From Amphiscolops sp. MND2022 (taxonomy: Eukaryota), in NCBI GenBank assembly GCA_964187785.1, contig OZ076409.1, forward strand, positions 11,100,001-11,164,000: a DNA stretch of 64,000 nucleotides, in the 5' to 3' direction. Within the stretch, counting starts at the first letter, position 1, and every line of letters begins with the position of its first letter. The notes beneath the pieces are model-generated. The model worked only from the letters and a program-made list of their open reading frames with translations, searched no databases and was not told the DNA's origin. The position numbers and the translations under genes are program-made. Positions 24,991 through 36,832 of the stretch are shown here, piece by piece.

Positions 24991-25420
24991 CTACTCCGGC
25001 CCTATGCTCAGAATGGACACATACACGTGGTTATGCAGCACGACGTGAATGCCAGTGCCCTCCAGCAAATTCGTTAGGGTATGGTACAGGTTTACCAATG
25101 AGAGGGCGGGTCGCTCTGGATCCAGTATAGGTAGGTGGACACTCGTGGATCCTTTCTCTATCAAGCGCTGTATCAAGTGCGTCATACAACGTAGGTAGTC
25201 GTCGGTAAGCAGCGGCGCACGCTGGTTTGCTCTGATTATCAGTAAGTGAATACTCTGATTGGGGTTTGGGTTGATATCAGGGAGAATGGTGAGAATCTCC
25301 CCCACCTTGGGACGTAGGGAGAACACATTCTCCTTGCCGCATTCTCGTAGCACGTACCGTAGGGACACGCTAACACCATATCGCCTTCTACTTGAAGAAA
25401 ATCAGTCACATCGTATGAGA
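24991..25420 (-). pseudogene. TARG1/OARD1 (Poa1p)-like macrodomain at the Pol C-terminus, frameshifted near 25362
   Basis: LSYDVTDFLQVEGDMVLACP//LRYVLRECGKENVFSLRPKVGEIL...IHLLIIRA...DYLRCMTHL...GSTSVHLPILD...LSLVNLYHTLTNLLEGTGIHVVLH follows the TARG1-type layout. Confidence 0.7.
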
Positions 25421-28400
25421 GGTGCTCTGTTGGGGCTGGATGCAGAATTCCCGGGTAGATAATCTCTCTCCCCGGCCCATTGTCGGCAGGAGAGCACACG
25501 CGGGGCGTACGCCCCTGGATTGCAGCCAGGTCTTGCCACACCGAGCGTGGCATCGCTCGATTATCACTGCTCGCCCTGACCCATGCGTCTAGGGTGCTCA
25601 AAGCGGCTTTTGAGGGAAGTGGAATCTCAAAAGTATGAGTCCACTCATCCAGCAATCTAATGCGAGGATAATTGGTGAAACAAGTGATGATTAGTTCCAA
25701 CCACCACGCGAATTTCACTTTGCCACGATACCAGTCTATAATGTGGAAGCAAAGTATCAAGTCCGCGGTAGTGAGGGTCCTCAGACCTTCCAAGCAGGAC
25801 AGCAGGTGCAGTGGTTCCACTATTGCCTCCACTCGTGGAGCAGTAACCAGCAACCACCAGTGCGGCGCTGGGCTGTATACTCCGCCCGGATCCACGTGAA
25901 TTCCGTATTTGTCACAGAGAAGATCAGCGGTGATGCATCGGACCATTTGCACAGGTTCCCGCTCGAAGTTGAAGGGTCCAAACGCAATATTGCTGGGTAC
26001 TGGGGGCATCACCGTTGCGAGGGTAAACTCTAACCCTTTTCCGTCGCTAGTCCACTCCTTGAATCGAGGACACGGAGCTTTCGCTACTCCAGGTAATGAT
26101 AACTTCTCCAGAATAGTATCCACGGGATGGTCTCCGTGTCCTTCCAGGGAGGAATAAGTCTTCTCAGCTCTCACCGTAAGGCGATGTACTAGATTTTCTC
26201 CCCGCTCCGGAGGAACTCCCCGGGCTCCAGTGGGAACCCTCCGGTTCTCATTGACGGCTAGCAAGCAAACACAGTCTCGCAGCCCACAGGTCCCGCATTT
26301 GTAGCGTGGTTGCCGCCTGCTTCTCAACTGGTATCGGGGGACCTCAGAAGCCTCGGTCGGCTTTGCTGTTTCCGATGGCATTGTTGTTGTTGTTTCCTTC
26401 TTCCTCGTTCTTGCCTTCGCTCTGACCAGCCGTTTTCGCGTTTTGGGTGGTCTCCCCCTCCCCCTTTTGAGAGAAGGAGCGGTCCCCGCTCCGGGCAATG
26501 TCGTGGGAAGGGTAGGCACATTGGACTGAGCGTCGTCATCCTCGGTGGCGGACTTCAGAGGGAGGGAAGGAGCGGCCGGCCAAATGGGATAGTTATTGAG
26601 GAAACTCGTCAGTGATGGACTTGTCAGTAATTGGGCCGATGTTCCCAATAATGAGGGCTGTTTTTCGGGGGAAGATATTTGTGGTGACGGAAAGCGCGCG
26701 CGCTCATGGTCTGAGAATAGTTGAGGTAGATGATGGGTAGGTGATATTGATTGGTCTGAAGGGGGTTGGGGGACTTCGGGTTCCCTACGATCAGCATCAA
26801 CGGGATTAGGAGGTACCGGTAACATGATTTCGGATAGCTCATCGTCAGTGCCCGAGGTCGAGTAGTCGAACTGCTGGTAGTGCATGCGGGAACCTCCAGC
26901 ACGCAACTTTGTGCGCAACCGGGTATCCATCCAATGGTGCTTGCGCGAAGGCAAGGACACGTCAGATGCTTCTGAAAGTAGTTGTTCAGTTTTATATGAA
27001 GGCTGGGACTTATCGTCGTCAACCACATCGATAGAACGTTCAGGGTCAGGGTCCATGAGTACCACTATTTCGCCGCTGTCCGCTTGCGTGGTGGCGGCGA
27101 GCTCAAGGGGCCCACTGTGATGAGGTTTCAGGCGCTCAAAATGAACCTTTTGGCCTGTGTCCAACACGTAGACACGTCCTTCTTGAAAGACTTGTACTAC
27201 TTTGTGCGGGCCACGCCAGGCGCGCATCAGCTTGGGGGAGCCTTTTTGCGGCACGTAGCGGCAAAAAACCCAGACAAGCTCTCCTGGCTGGTAGGCTCGT
27301 GCTCGAATAGCACGATCATATTTCAATTTTTGGCGTAATTGGGCCTGGTGCGTATTGCGCCGGACCAAGTCGTGAATTTCTTGTTGGCGAGCCAACACTT
27401 GATCCACGTATGCTTCATGCGTATCAAAGGACTTGGCCGCAAATTTAGGGTACAAAAAGGTGAGGGGGATTGCTTTCTCAACACCCCTTGTTAACATGTA
27501 GGGCGAGAAGCCTGTAGTGGCGTGCCTGGTAGAATTATAGGCACCGATCACTTCATCTGAGCATTGGTCCCAGTCGCGCATGCGGCGCGCGCAAAAGACT
27601 CGCAACAGGGTTAAGAGGGTTCGGTTTTGCCGTTCCACCAAACCTTGAGTTCGTGGATGTCCGGCAGTGGAGGTCATTTTAGTGACGTGAGCTGCCTTTA
27701 GGAACTCATTAGAGACTTCAGCAGTGAGGTTTGGAGCATTGTCTGATTGCATGCGAGTGGGGGTGCCGTGGCGGGCAAACCATTTCTGCAGCAGCAATCG
27801 TGGAGTGGTCACTGCGTCATAGTCGTGGTGACTACAAGGGACTGCCTTTGCAAATTTAGAGAAATGGTCGATGATGACCAAAATGCCGGTGTTGTTATTA
27901 TCAGAGGGGCAGATTTTTAAGTGGTCATACTGGACCAACTCGTTGAAGTAGCCACTCTGAATGTTTTTCAGTTGAAATCGTACGTCACCAGGCTTGTCAC
28001 GTACTTGTTGGCAGGTGAGGCACTGGCCGACGTATCGACCGACACTGCGCCGTATGCCGGGCCAAGTGTGGCGCTCTTGAATTCGAGCTACCACCTTTGA
28101 GATACCTTGGTGTCCCATGGCGTCGTGTGCACGGAACAGAATTTCATGCTGGTACAGCTGAGGCATTATGATCATGCACGGACGTTCGTGCAATGGGCGT
28201 TGGGTGGGGGAGTATTGCACGCAAAGGACGTCATTCTTGTTTATGAACAAGAGGTCCTTTTTCTGGCGAAAATAGTTACGTGCGAACTCACGCACGTTCT
28301 CGGGAAACACATCGTTATCTAGGGATTCACACTGCACGAGCTTCTTCAGTGCTAGCACTTGGACATCGCGGTTTTGGGCTAGGACCAAATCCTTGATCCC

Positions 28401-29576
28401 ATGTACGGTATGAGTGTGTTCATGGAGCTCGGTGTCAATGTCCTTGAGGGCCATGATCGACTCGCGCACGCCACCAGGAGAGTTCTGTAGCATGGCGTTA
28501 CTCGTTCCCGCCATAGAATAGATGGTGCGAGAGGGGACATTTACTGCATGTGTTGGCAGCAGGTAATCCTCGGTCGCCTCAGTGGTGACGTCTATCCAGT
28601 CTTCAGGATAGTCTGGGTAGAAGTCCTCGTGCTTTTGCAGCACGGGTGGAGGCTTGGGCGGTAGAGGTGCGGCTAGCGCCTTTGCCTGTCGTTCTCGCTT
28701 GTTCTCTCGTTGCACACGGCGAAGCACAAGGAGTGCTTGGTCAGGAGCCTTAGGCTCCAAGTTCTGCAGATGCGGTGGTAGGTCAGGATGATTTGGAATT
28801 ATTCGACCTTGCAGGTCGAACCAGGGGGCTACGGGAAGGTTGTCGAATTCCTCGGCCGAGAGGAAATTCCAACGCTCTCCGGTAGCTGGCAGCTGCGCAA
28901 GCTGCTGTTCTCGGCATCGATATTCGTTGGTTCGTTTGCTCAAGCCAACAGCATTGCGGTGTTGAGTTCGCGGTCTGTGTTCCACACGAAAGTGATACCT
29001 GTCCAGCGTCATGATCCAACGTCCAATCAATGCTTGGTCCGTGGAGTAGGTTTTCAACCAGGATAGGGCTTGATTATCGACTCTCAGGGTGAACTTTCGG
29101 GGGCGTAGGAAGTAGTAGGCTGCAAACATTTCCAGCTTGGGTGCCACATATTTGGCTTGGGTGGTGGTCAATTTCTTGCTGCCGTATATGATCGGTCGTA
29201 GGCGTCGCTCTCCTGGAGCTCCTTGCCACTGGTGTAGGATACCGGAAATGGCAACGGCGCTGGCATCGGTGTCCAGCACAAACTCTTCTTCGGAATCAGG
29301 CTGCGCGAGCGCAGTCGCCTCGATCAATGCTTTCTTGATTTCGTTGAAGGCCTTTTGCTGGTCAGGGCCCCAAGCAAACGTGGCATTCAGTCCAGTAACG
29401 GCGTGGAGGGGCGCAACCAGCTTGGCATGCTATGGGATAAATTCACGATAATAATTAGCGAATCCCAAAAAACTTTGCATCTCTGTCTTGTTGCGAGGGA
29501 TGTCCCAGTCGCGCAGTTTGGCAACAGCCTTCTGGTCCGGTTTGACGCCTTCTTCGGAGACTACGCGTCCCAGATA
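25239..29576 (-). pseudogene. pol: Element A pol, 3' part: RT thumb/connection, RNase H, integrase and a long C-terminal extension; in-frame TAG at 29430-29432
   Basis: FLGFANYYREFIP; RNase H FVLDTDAS; IN HHCC (HDAMGH...CLTC), catalytic YDH/QSDN/GLVERQN and WRGPHKV; later KRGRGRPPK and CGTCGLRDCVC. Confidence 0.93.
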
Positions 29577-32500
29577 TTAGATTTCTGGTTTCATGAAGTC
29601 GCATTTGGCTACGCGCATCTTGAAGCCAGCCTCGCGGAGGCATTCAAAGACCTCGCGCAGACGCGCCATGTGATCTTCCACAGTTTCCGTTGCTATAACT
29701 ATGTCGTCGATGTATGCCATGACCATGCTGCCTTTGCGATTGACTATTTTTTGTAGCGCTGGCGCTATTGCTCGCTGGAAGGTGGCTGATGCATTGCACA
29801 AGTCGAATGGCATTCTTCGCCATTCGAAGAGTCCCAACTCACAGGCAAAAGCTGTCTTGTGGCGGTCCGCCTTTCGCAACGAAATCTGCCAGAAAGCCCA
29901 GGCAAGATCTATGCTAGTGTAGATCTTTGCATTGCCCAGTCGCGCCAGCCTTTCGTCGATGCGGGGCAGGGGGTAGGCATCCTTAATGGTTACTTCATTC
30001 AGCGGTCGGAAGTCACAGCAAAAACGCAACTCCGCGCTTTTCTTTTTTACCATTACGATACCACTTGCCCAAGGGGACAGTGAAGGTTGTATCATCCCTA
30101 AGGCCAGTAGGCTCCGCACCTCCTGGTTGGCTCGTTCAGCCTTTTCGGGGGACATTCTGCGAGCGCCTTCACGGTGCGGTACAGCCCCAGGCTCTACCTC
30201 TATCGTGTGTTTAGCAATGGTACAGCGGCCAATATCCGCCTTACGCTTCATGAATAGGTCATCAAATTCGTTAAGAATGTTGTCCAAGGACTCGCAGGCG
30301 CTAGCGCCCCAGAGTTTTCTAACTTCTTGCAATTGAGAATCGGGCCCAGGGATCGGGGCCAATAGGTCCGGATCGGTGCGCTTGCGAATCTCGCGCTCCG
30401 AAAGCCCCGCTTCACTTGGATCCGTCGAAGACAAAAACTCAAATTCGGATGAAGAAGTCAACTCAGAAGCAGTGGATAGATTCATTTCACTGTACACTTT
30501 ATAAACAAAATTTGCTCGACTGTTGTCGGCTTCAGTTTTGTGGTCAGTTTCTGCAGTAGCATCCAGATTTTGGGGCACAGCCTGGTATACTAAAGACACA
30601 GGCACTACCGTGCCCAGGTGGGCACCACATCGTACACGCTGCTGGTTGCTGGTGAGGTTTATCAGACTCACATACAATGTTCCTGTCTCACTGACAGTGG
30701 CCACGCTGTCCTCTAAAAAGATGGTATTTTGCAATGAGGGATCAGACAACGAGGCGTTAAGCGCCACGGTCTGGAAAATTAATGGTTCAAGCGCGTTGGT
30801 GACAAGTTTAGCCTTTGCCACTGTACGCTCGAAAGGCTGTAGGACCAGGTCACTGTCCAGAGCAATGGGAGTAGTTAGCGAAGCAACACCTACCTGGGTG
30901 TGTGCATGATGCCAGACGGGCTTCACTGGTGCTCGCACCACTATCTTCATGGAGGTTAGATCTACCAGGACTTGGTAGGAACGGAGGAAGTTTCGACCCA
31001 GCAGAAAGTCCTCCACGCCCATTGCGTCATCTACCACGACGAAATTGGTTTCGAGTTCATACCCTCCCAATTGGAAGCGTACCTGCTCAGCCAACCCGAA
31101 AGTCTTTATCGTCTTCCCATTGGCAGCGTACAAATCAATTTGATAGGGTTTCAGGACCGCACCGGTCCGTGCAGCTACCCGGTTAAAGGCGGAGAAGGTT
31201 AGTATGGACACCCCGGAACCAGTGTCCACCAGGCCTCGCAGTGGGATAGGTGCCGCATGGGGCACCACAAAGGAGATAACAAGCGACGCACGCTCATCTA
31301 TCCGCGCTTCTCCGGTGGGTTCTTGGTGATTGATATTATAGCATTTCAGTTCTTGAGGTCCCAAGCATAAGCCGGGTGGGAATACATCTACCCCCACACA
31401 GGCCTCGAACTTCACGTCCACGCCGTCCATCGTTGCACAAACCGGTACTGGCGAGTATGTAGTCAGGGTCTCCGACTCTCCAGGGACGTACCACTGCTTT
31501 GGGTGGGGCAATTCCATCCGGTTATAGAGGACAGATAGCTCAACCCAGAGTTTCGCCAAGGTTAGCGTTGGTCTACGCACCTGCTCGGCTGCCAGCATCA
31601 GATGAATCGAGATCAACGTTCTCCCTTGCGGATCGAATGTGGTGGGCTCTAAGCACGTTTGAATCTGCTTTGTTCCGCATGTGACTATCAGTGGGGGATG
31701 AAACGCTGGAGGCTCCGCTGGGTGCAGCATTAACACGCGATCATCCTCCAGGGGTACAGTGTGGGCGGCCACACCAGCGGATTCCACCTCAGCCGATCGA
31801 TTGTAGGCCAATTCATCATTAGGCCTTGGAGCTTGAGAATGCTCACCGCAGGGGACATCCACATGGTCATAAACTCCACAGTGCGCACACTGATGAATAC
31901 TTGGGTAACTCTCCAACACGCCATCAGTTACATCTTCAGCAGTGACTTTCACGCCTTCTGTCTCGGGAGCTGCCACTGGTTTGCGAGCCTGATCGCGGGT
32001 GGGACAGTCCCGGGCAAAATGCCCAGCTTGACCGCAGTTGAAGCATGCGCCAACGGGTAGGCGTGCCGCAGGCTGCGCTGCAGCCTGATTTGGCGGGGCA
32101 TTGTTCGCAGGTGGGGGAGGCATTACTCCTTGTGGTAACACCATTTTGTTGGGGGGTAGCGGCGCGAAGGGATGAGGTCTAGACCTCATTGCTAGTCTGG
32201 GGTCATAGGGTTGAGGGAATTGGTTGGGTTTGGGGCGATTGCGCTGCAATTGGCGGGTGGTGAAGCGAAGGGATTCCACCGTAGGTGGTTCGGTCAGGAA
32301 GACTTCCGAGGCATATACTATAGCAAGTTCCCGCCTCAGCGCTGGGTCTCGTACGCCTTCCATGAAGCGCTGGAGGATTTCATAGCGCTTGGTAGTGATT
32401 GTCTCTTGCGGGAATCCTTGACTTCTAAGACCCTCTAGAGCGTCTAAATACTGCATCCAGTCTTCTTTCTCATGTTGAATGCGGCTCTGGAAGGCTTGTC

Positions 32501-32762
32501 GTACTTGCATACGATTTCCTCCAGCGCCAAAGCGGCTACATAGTAATTCAAACACCTTCTCGGGGGTGTCACGTTCGGATTCTGCTTTGTTAATGATGTA
32601 GTTGCGAGCTTCACCTTCAAGGTGACCAATGATGCTCCAGGCCTGGTCCTCGGCTGAGACCTTGGTTTGCGTTCTCTTCAGGTATCTCTGCATAATAAGG
32701 ATCCACCTATCAATGGATCCGTCTTTGGAACCGCGATATACATTAGGTCTCGCCTGAGCCAA
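29577..32762 (-). pseudogene. pol: Element A gag-pol, middle part: capsid-like region, CCHC knuckle, protease, dUTPase-like segment and RT; ends at a premature TAA
   Basis: CFNCGQAGHFARDC; LVDTGSG and FLLGRNFL (protease); YPLPRID, RMPFDLCNA and YIDD (RT). TAA replaces Lys in EI*YLG and the frame continues in phase into the next ORF. Confidence 0.93.
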
Positions 32763-34309
32763 GTCTCTGCCGGCGCTAACTCTTTTGACATCGCCTTTGA
32801 TATGGCGGCCGTGAATCTCAGCTGCTCAGGGGATATGGCTTCTCCTTCTTCGGCCTTAGCTTCCCCTTCGCGCGTCCTGTCATGACTACCAAGAGTGGCT
32901 TGTATTGACAGGTCAGCGATTTCGTCCTTCTTGCGAGTGCTGCTAGCACAGGGAGTGCCCGAGGGTAGTCCATGATCGGCTGACAAGTCCGCGGTCAAGT
33001 ATAAGAAGTCTGGTCCTGACATCGACATGGGGGCAGTTGCACACGTTGCTCCCTCGGTTTGAGAACCTAGGGTCGCCTTGGTGTTGGATAAGTCGACTTC
33101 AACCGAAGAATCAAGATAGATAGTTGACATCGGATCCACGCCTTGATCTCGAGTAGTGCTCTGGGCTGCAGAAGGCATTGATGACTCTGCTGAGTCGTGA
33201 TGTCCCCTCATCTGCACTCGTGCAGGCTTGCGCTCTGCCTCAGGCGTGGCTATCACCAAATTTCCGGCTACTCCTTCATCTTTCCGGGGCGCAGGCACTG
33301 CCGGCCTGGAAGTGCTAGGCTTCAACGCGCTTGGCAGTTCCGATTTCACTACCTGGCTCGGGTACGTCGGCTCCGAGATACGGACTGGACCTCCATTCCG
33401 CACGCCTCCACTTGCACTGGGCTGCCGCGGGAGTGACCTCTCACGCCTCATGACATCAATGGCATTGAGCACTGTGTGCATCTGATTGCTCAAGTCGTTG
33501 ATCTGCGTTTCCACGCGCAACTCGCGAGCCATCAACATGTCATTCATCTCTTCCATCCGGTGACCCAATGTGTCCACTCGAGCATTTTGCACGTTCTGCG
33601 CGGTACGCAATTGATCGCTGACTTGCAGGCCCTCACGCATCGTCGTCTGCATCACTTTAATATTTTCCACGATGGCAAGATGTTGCTCATTGCACTCAGC
33701 ACGAGTGCTGGCCAGACCTGCTAGAGCCCGTTGGGTTTCGGCTTGGGCATCCAATAACGCTGCCTTGTATACCGAAGACCGTTGCGACGAGGCCAATGAG
33801 CCTGTCATAATCCTGACACGGGATGCCTCTTGACGTGGTTCGCCTACCTGCAGTATGGGTGGTCGCACCTTCTTGTGCTTTCCGTAGGCACAGACCCGGG
33901 TAGGTCCTCGAGTGGTCCCGAGTCCTCGCTGTCTCGCGTAACTCATGCCTCCCACATAAGTGAGGTCCTGCTCCATGTCGGTCTGTGAGCCGAGTTGTGT
34001 CTCTCCAGCCGGGGGTGCGCGCGAGCACCCTTCCTCAGCCACCAATTCATCGGTTGCATTCGAATTGGGCCAGCCCTCCTCCACTTCATTGGCTCTATCG
34101 CGGCAGGTTTCGTCGACCCACTGCTCGGTCCGACGCGAATTTTCGGAAACACTGGAGTTCTCTGAGGGAGGAACCATAGCGGCCAATTCCTCTTTTCGCT
34201 GTTGTTCGATAGTGACTTCGTCAGACATGTCGTCTGAAAAACGCGAACAATCTATCGTGACCCACGATTGTGAACCTGTATGGGGCACCGCCATCAGTTC
34301 GGTGGCCAA
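32678..34309 (-). pseudogene. gag: Element A Gag N-terminal part (543-aa ORF, coiled-coil and disordered), separated from the capsid region by a frameshift near 32775
   Basis: Heptad-rich LLDAQAETQRAL...QINDLSNQM segment. Overlaps the next ORF at KELAP/RDLAQARP. Confidence 0.8.
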
Positions 34310-36799
34310 CGCGCTTATTAATAGCGATCGAGTTACCGCTCACGATTACTCGGAAAACTCAAATTGGGTCGCCGAACGTACCAGGGTCTTCAATTCGAAG
34401 CTGATCCCTTGGTCGTCCCGGTGAGCACTTAAGAAATTTGATGTTACTCAATGTCCTAGATTTTTCGAAACACGTTCTAGAGCTCGTAGGCTGTTCAAAT
34501 TTGCACAGCGTTTTCCCACAAGCTCACTGGGCCAGAAAATCAACCTGGTTTCGGGCAGAAAGTCTCCAGTCACTCACAGGAAGAATTTCAAAGAATTTTA
34601 GGATTTTTCAAAATTCGCACGACAACACTCAAGAGGCTCGTGTGTGCGCTAGAAGCGCTGTATCAAGCCCAAAATTGACCAGCAGATCTTAGGTACACGT
34701 AGCTTTACGAAAATGAATACAGTTTTGAGCTGCGCTCCTTCAACACAGTTTCACCTAGGTACTGACGTGCGGTACCACGATGTACCGAAATACACTGTTT
34801 TCCACGATTTTTTTTAGATTGCGGTCCACTGGAAAGAGCTAGCAAGCTCAAATTCTCTGCAGCAACGTAGAAACTAGCACAAGTTACGATGGTGGGCTGC
34901 AATATAGCCCCACCCGTCGGCTAAGGTGCCCGGGTTACTCGGAAAAATTAAGAAAAAACTGACTTTTTGCGCGCCTTCTTGGGTGCCACGTTTTTCCTTT
35001 TTTCTCAACAAGTATCACACAGATCGGCACCAAACTTGGAAGTTTATGCCAGTGGGCACCTAAAATGGCACTGATATGGTTGAATTGAAGCGCGAGCGCT
35101 TATTTGAGGTTTCGACCTACTATGTACGTTGTAAACGAAAAAACACTGTTTTTGACTACTTTTTTTTACAAATTGACCAAGAGGATCACCTCAGAAAGTG
35201 ATACGGCGGGCAAAATGGGACCAACGTGTTGCCCCACTATCCGTAGCACTGGGATAAACCCTCAATTGGTTGTGCCCGTTAGGTATAGGGCACTGACAGT
35301 CCAGCAGTTTTGGTTTTTTTCGGCTTTTTTATGCTTCTCTGAAGTCGAAACGTCAGAGAGCTTTTCTCGACTTTGGTGAGCGATACGCTCACCAAATTTT
35401 CGGCACTAACGTTAATTTTGGTGGTGATTACGAAAATGCAACAACTTTTTGGCTAGGGTTCAGGAATCGATGACCCGACCCTAGCTCAGAGACAGTCCGG
35501 TTTTGTGGAAAATTGATCAAATTCAGTGCGTTTTTCCACTTTTCTCAGCACTGAATGGGAGTTTTTACACGCGATTTTCACCACCACGCGTTATTTTTAC
35601 TACAAAATCGAAAATGAGAGCGCTCAAGCCCGCTCTCTTCGAATGAGCTTCGCTCTGGGTGTTTTCGGTTAATGCACTTTCTCTGCTCGAAAATGTCAAA
35701 ATTCACAAGTTTTTCGCACTGTATCAGCCCCAGGCTGCCTGAGTCCGCTACAAAAGTTGCAATTAGTATCCTGAGGGTCAACCACACTTGGGACAGTGCC
35801 GTACACTGTCGTTTTACACTTCCATACTCGTGTACGTTCACATTTTAGGTGCCTTTTTGGTCAAATTTCCACTTTTTCCACATTTTTCGGCATCAAATTG
35901 GCACTTTTATCACAATCAAAGGCTTCAACTTCACCTTTCGTGCCTCGTGCCGGCTTTCTCGAGCCTTGCAGCTGCTTTTTCAAAACTTTCCACCAAACTT
36001 TCCTGGCTTCTTTGAGCACTAGTGCTCGAAACCAAGAAAAACACCAAAAAACGCAAAAATGAGGTTTTTTTCTCCAAGTGCTATCTTTTTCGCAGAAAAG
36101 CACTTCGTAGGGTGTCGTTACATTTATAGTAGAACGTCACTGACCTGCACCAACGATTCTCCATCGAAAGAGGTGTATTTTCAAATTTTTCGCCAACCAT
36201 TCTCCATCTGAGCGACGCATCTGGTCACAGGGGGTGCATCTTCACCACGTTATTTCTCCACATCTAGACCAGACAGAAACACGCGGGTGGGACCATTAGC
36301 ACCGTCTGTTGTTGCACTTGCTGTCCACTAAAAACAATGCCTCTAGGACGTCTCCACGAGAAATGGAAATAGGAAGTAGGCAACACGAGATTTGTCCCCT
36401 CCTTCGCCTTGCTGGAGTATGGTCAACCATCCATCCGTTACCCTCTCACATGGCATAAAATGGCTGAAAATAGCTCAAAAAACCTGTTAGACACCCGTAG
36501 CCACGTGCTACGGTCCTCTACACCTGCAAAAAGGTACCCGCTGATGGGTACACAACACATCACACATATAGAGCGATTTCCTTCTAATATGCCCAAAAAT
36601 ACCATTTTCACACCTGAAAACACGTTTTCTTCGGCATTTTCTCTGGTTCGACGCCTCTCCCAATTCCAGTAAGACGTAATACGACTAAAAAGAGGTAAAA
36701 CTCTGCTTCTCTCTCCTGTCCAGAGTCGAAAACGGGCTTGGCGCTGATCACCAGGGGGCCAGATCTTTTAAAAACCGCTAGGGAAAGCTTCCCAAGACG

Positions 36800-36817
36800 A
36801 TCCCTCTGTGGTCGCCA
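36800..36817 (-). other. Primer-binding site, tRNA-Arg-like
   Basis: Minus strand TGGCGACCACAGAGGGAT is complementary to a ...ATCCCTCTGTGGTCG-CCA tRNA 3' end, recalled as resembling eukaryotic tRNA-Arg(UCG). It lies 15 nt from the LTR. Confidence 0.75.
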
Positions 36818-36832
36818 AAAAATGAGTTTCTA

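Noticed and set aside
32678..32790. Programmed gag-pol ribosomal frameshift
   Set aside because: No slippery heptamer, and the break lies before the capsid region; better explained as a small deletion.
20430..34424. Numerous 60-154-aa plus-strand and alternate-frame ORFs inside element A
   Set aside because: Shadows of GC-richer coding sequence, with no recognisable motifs.
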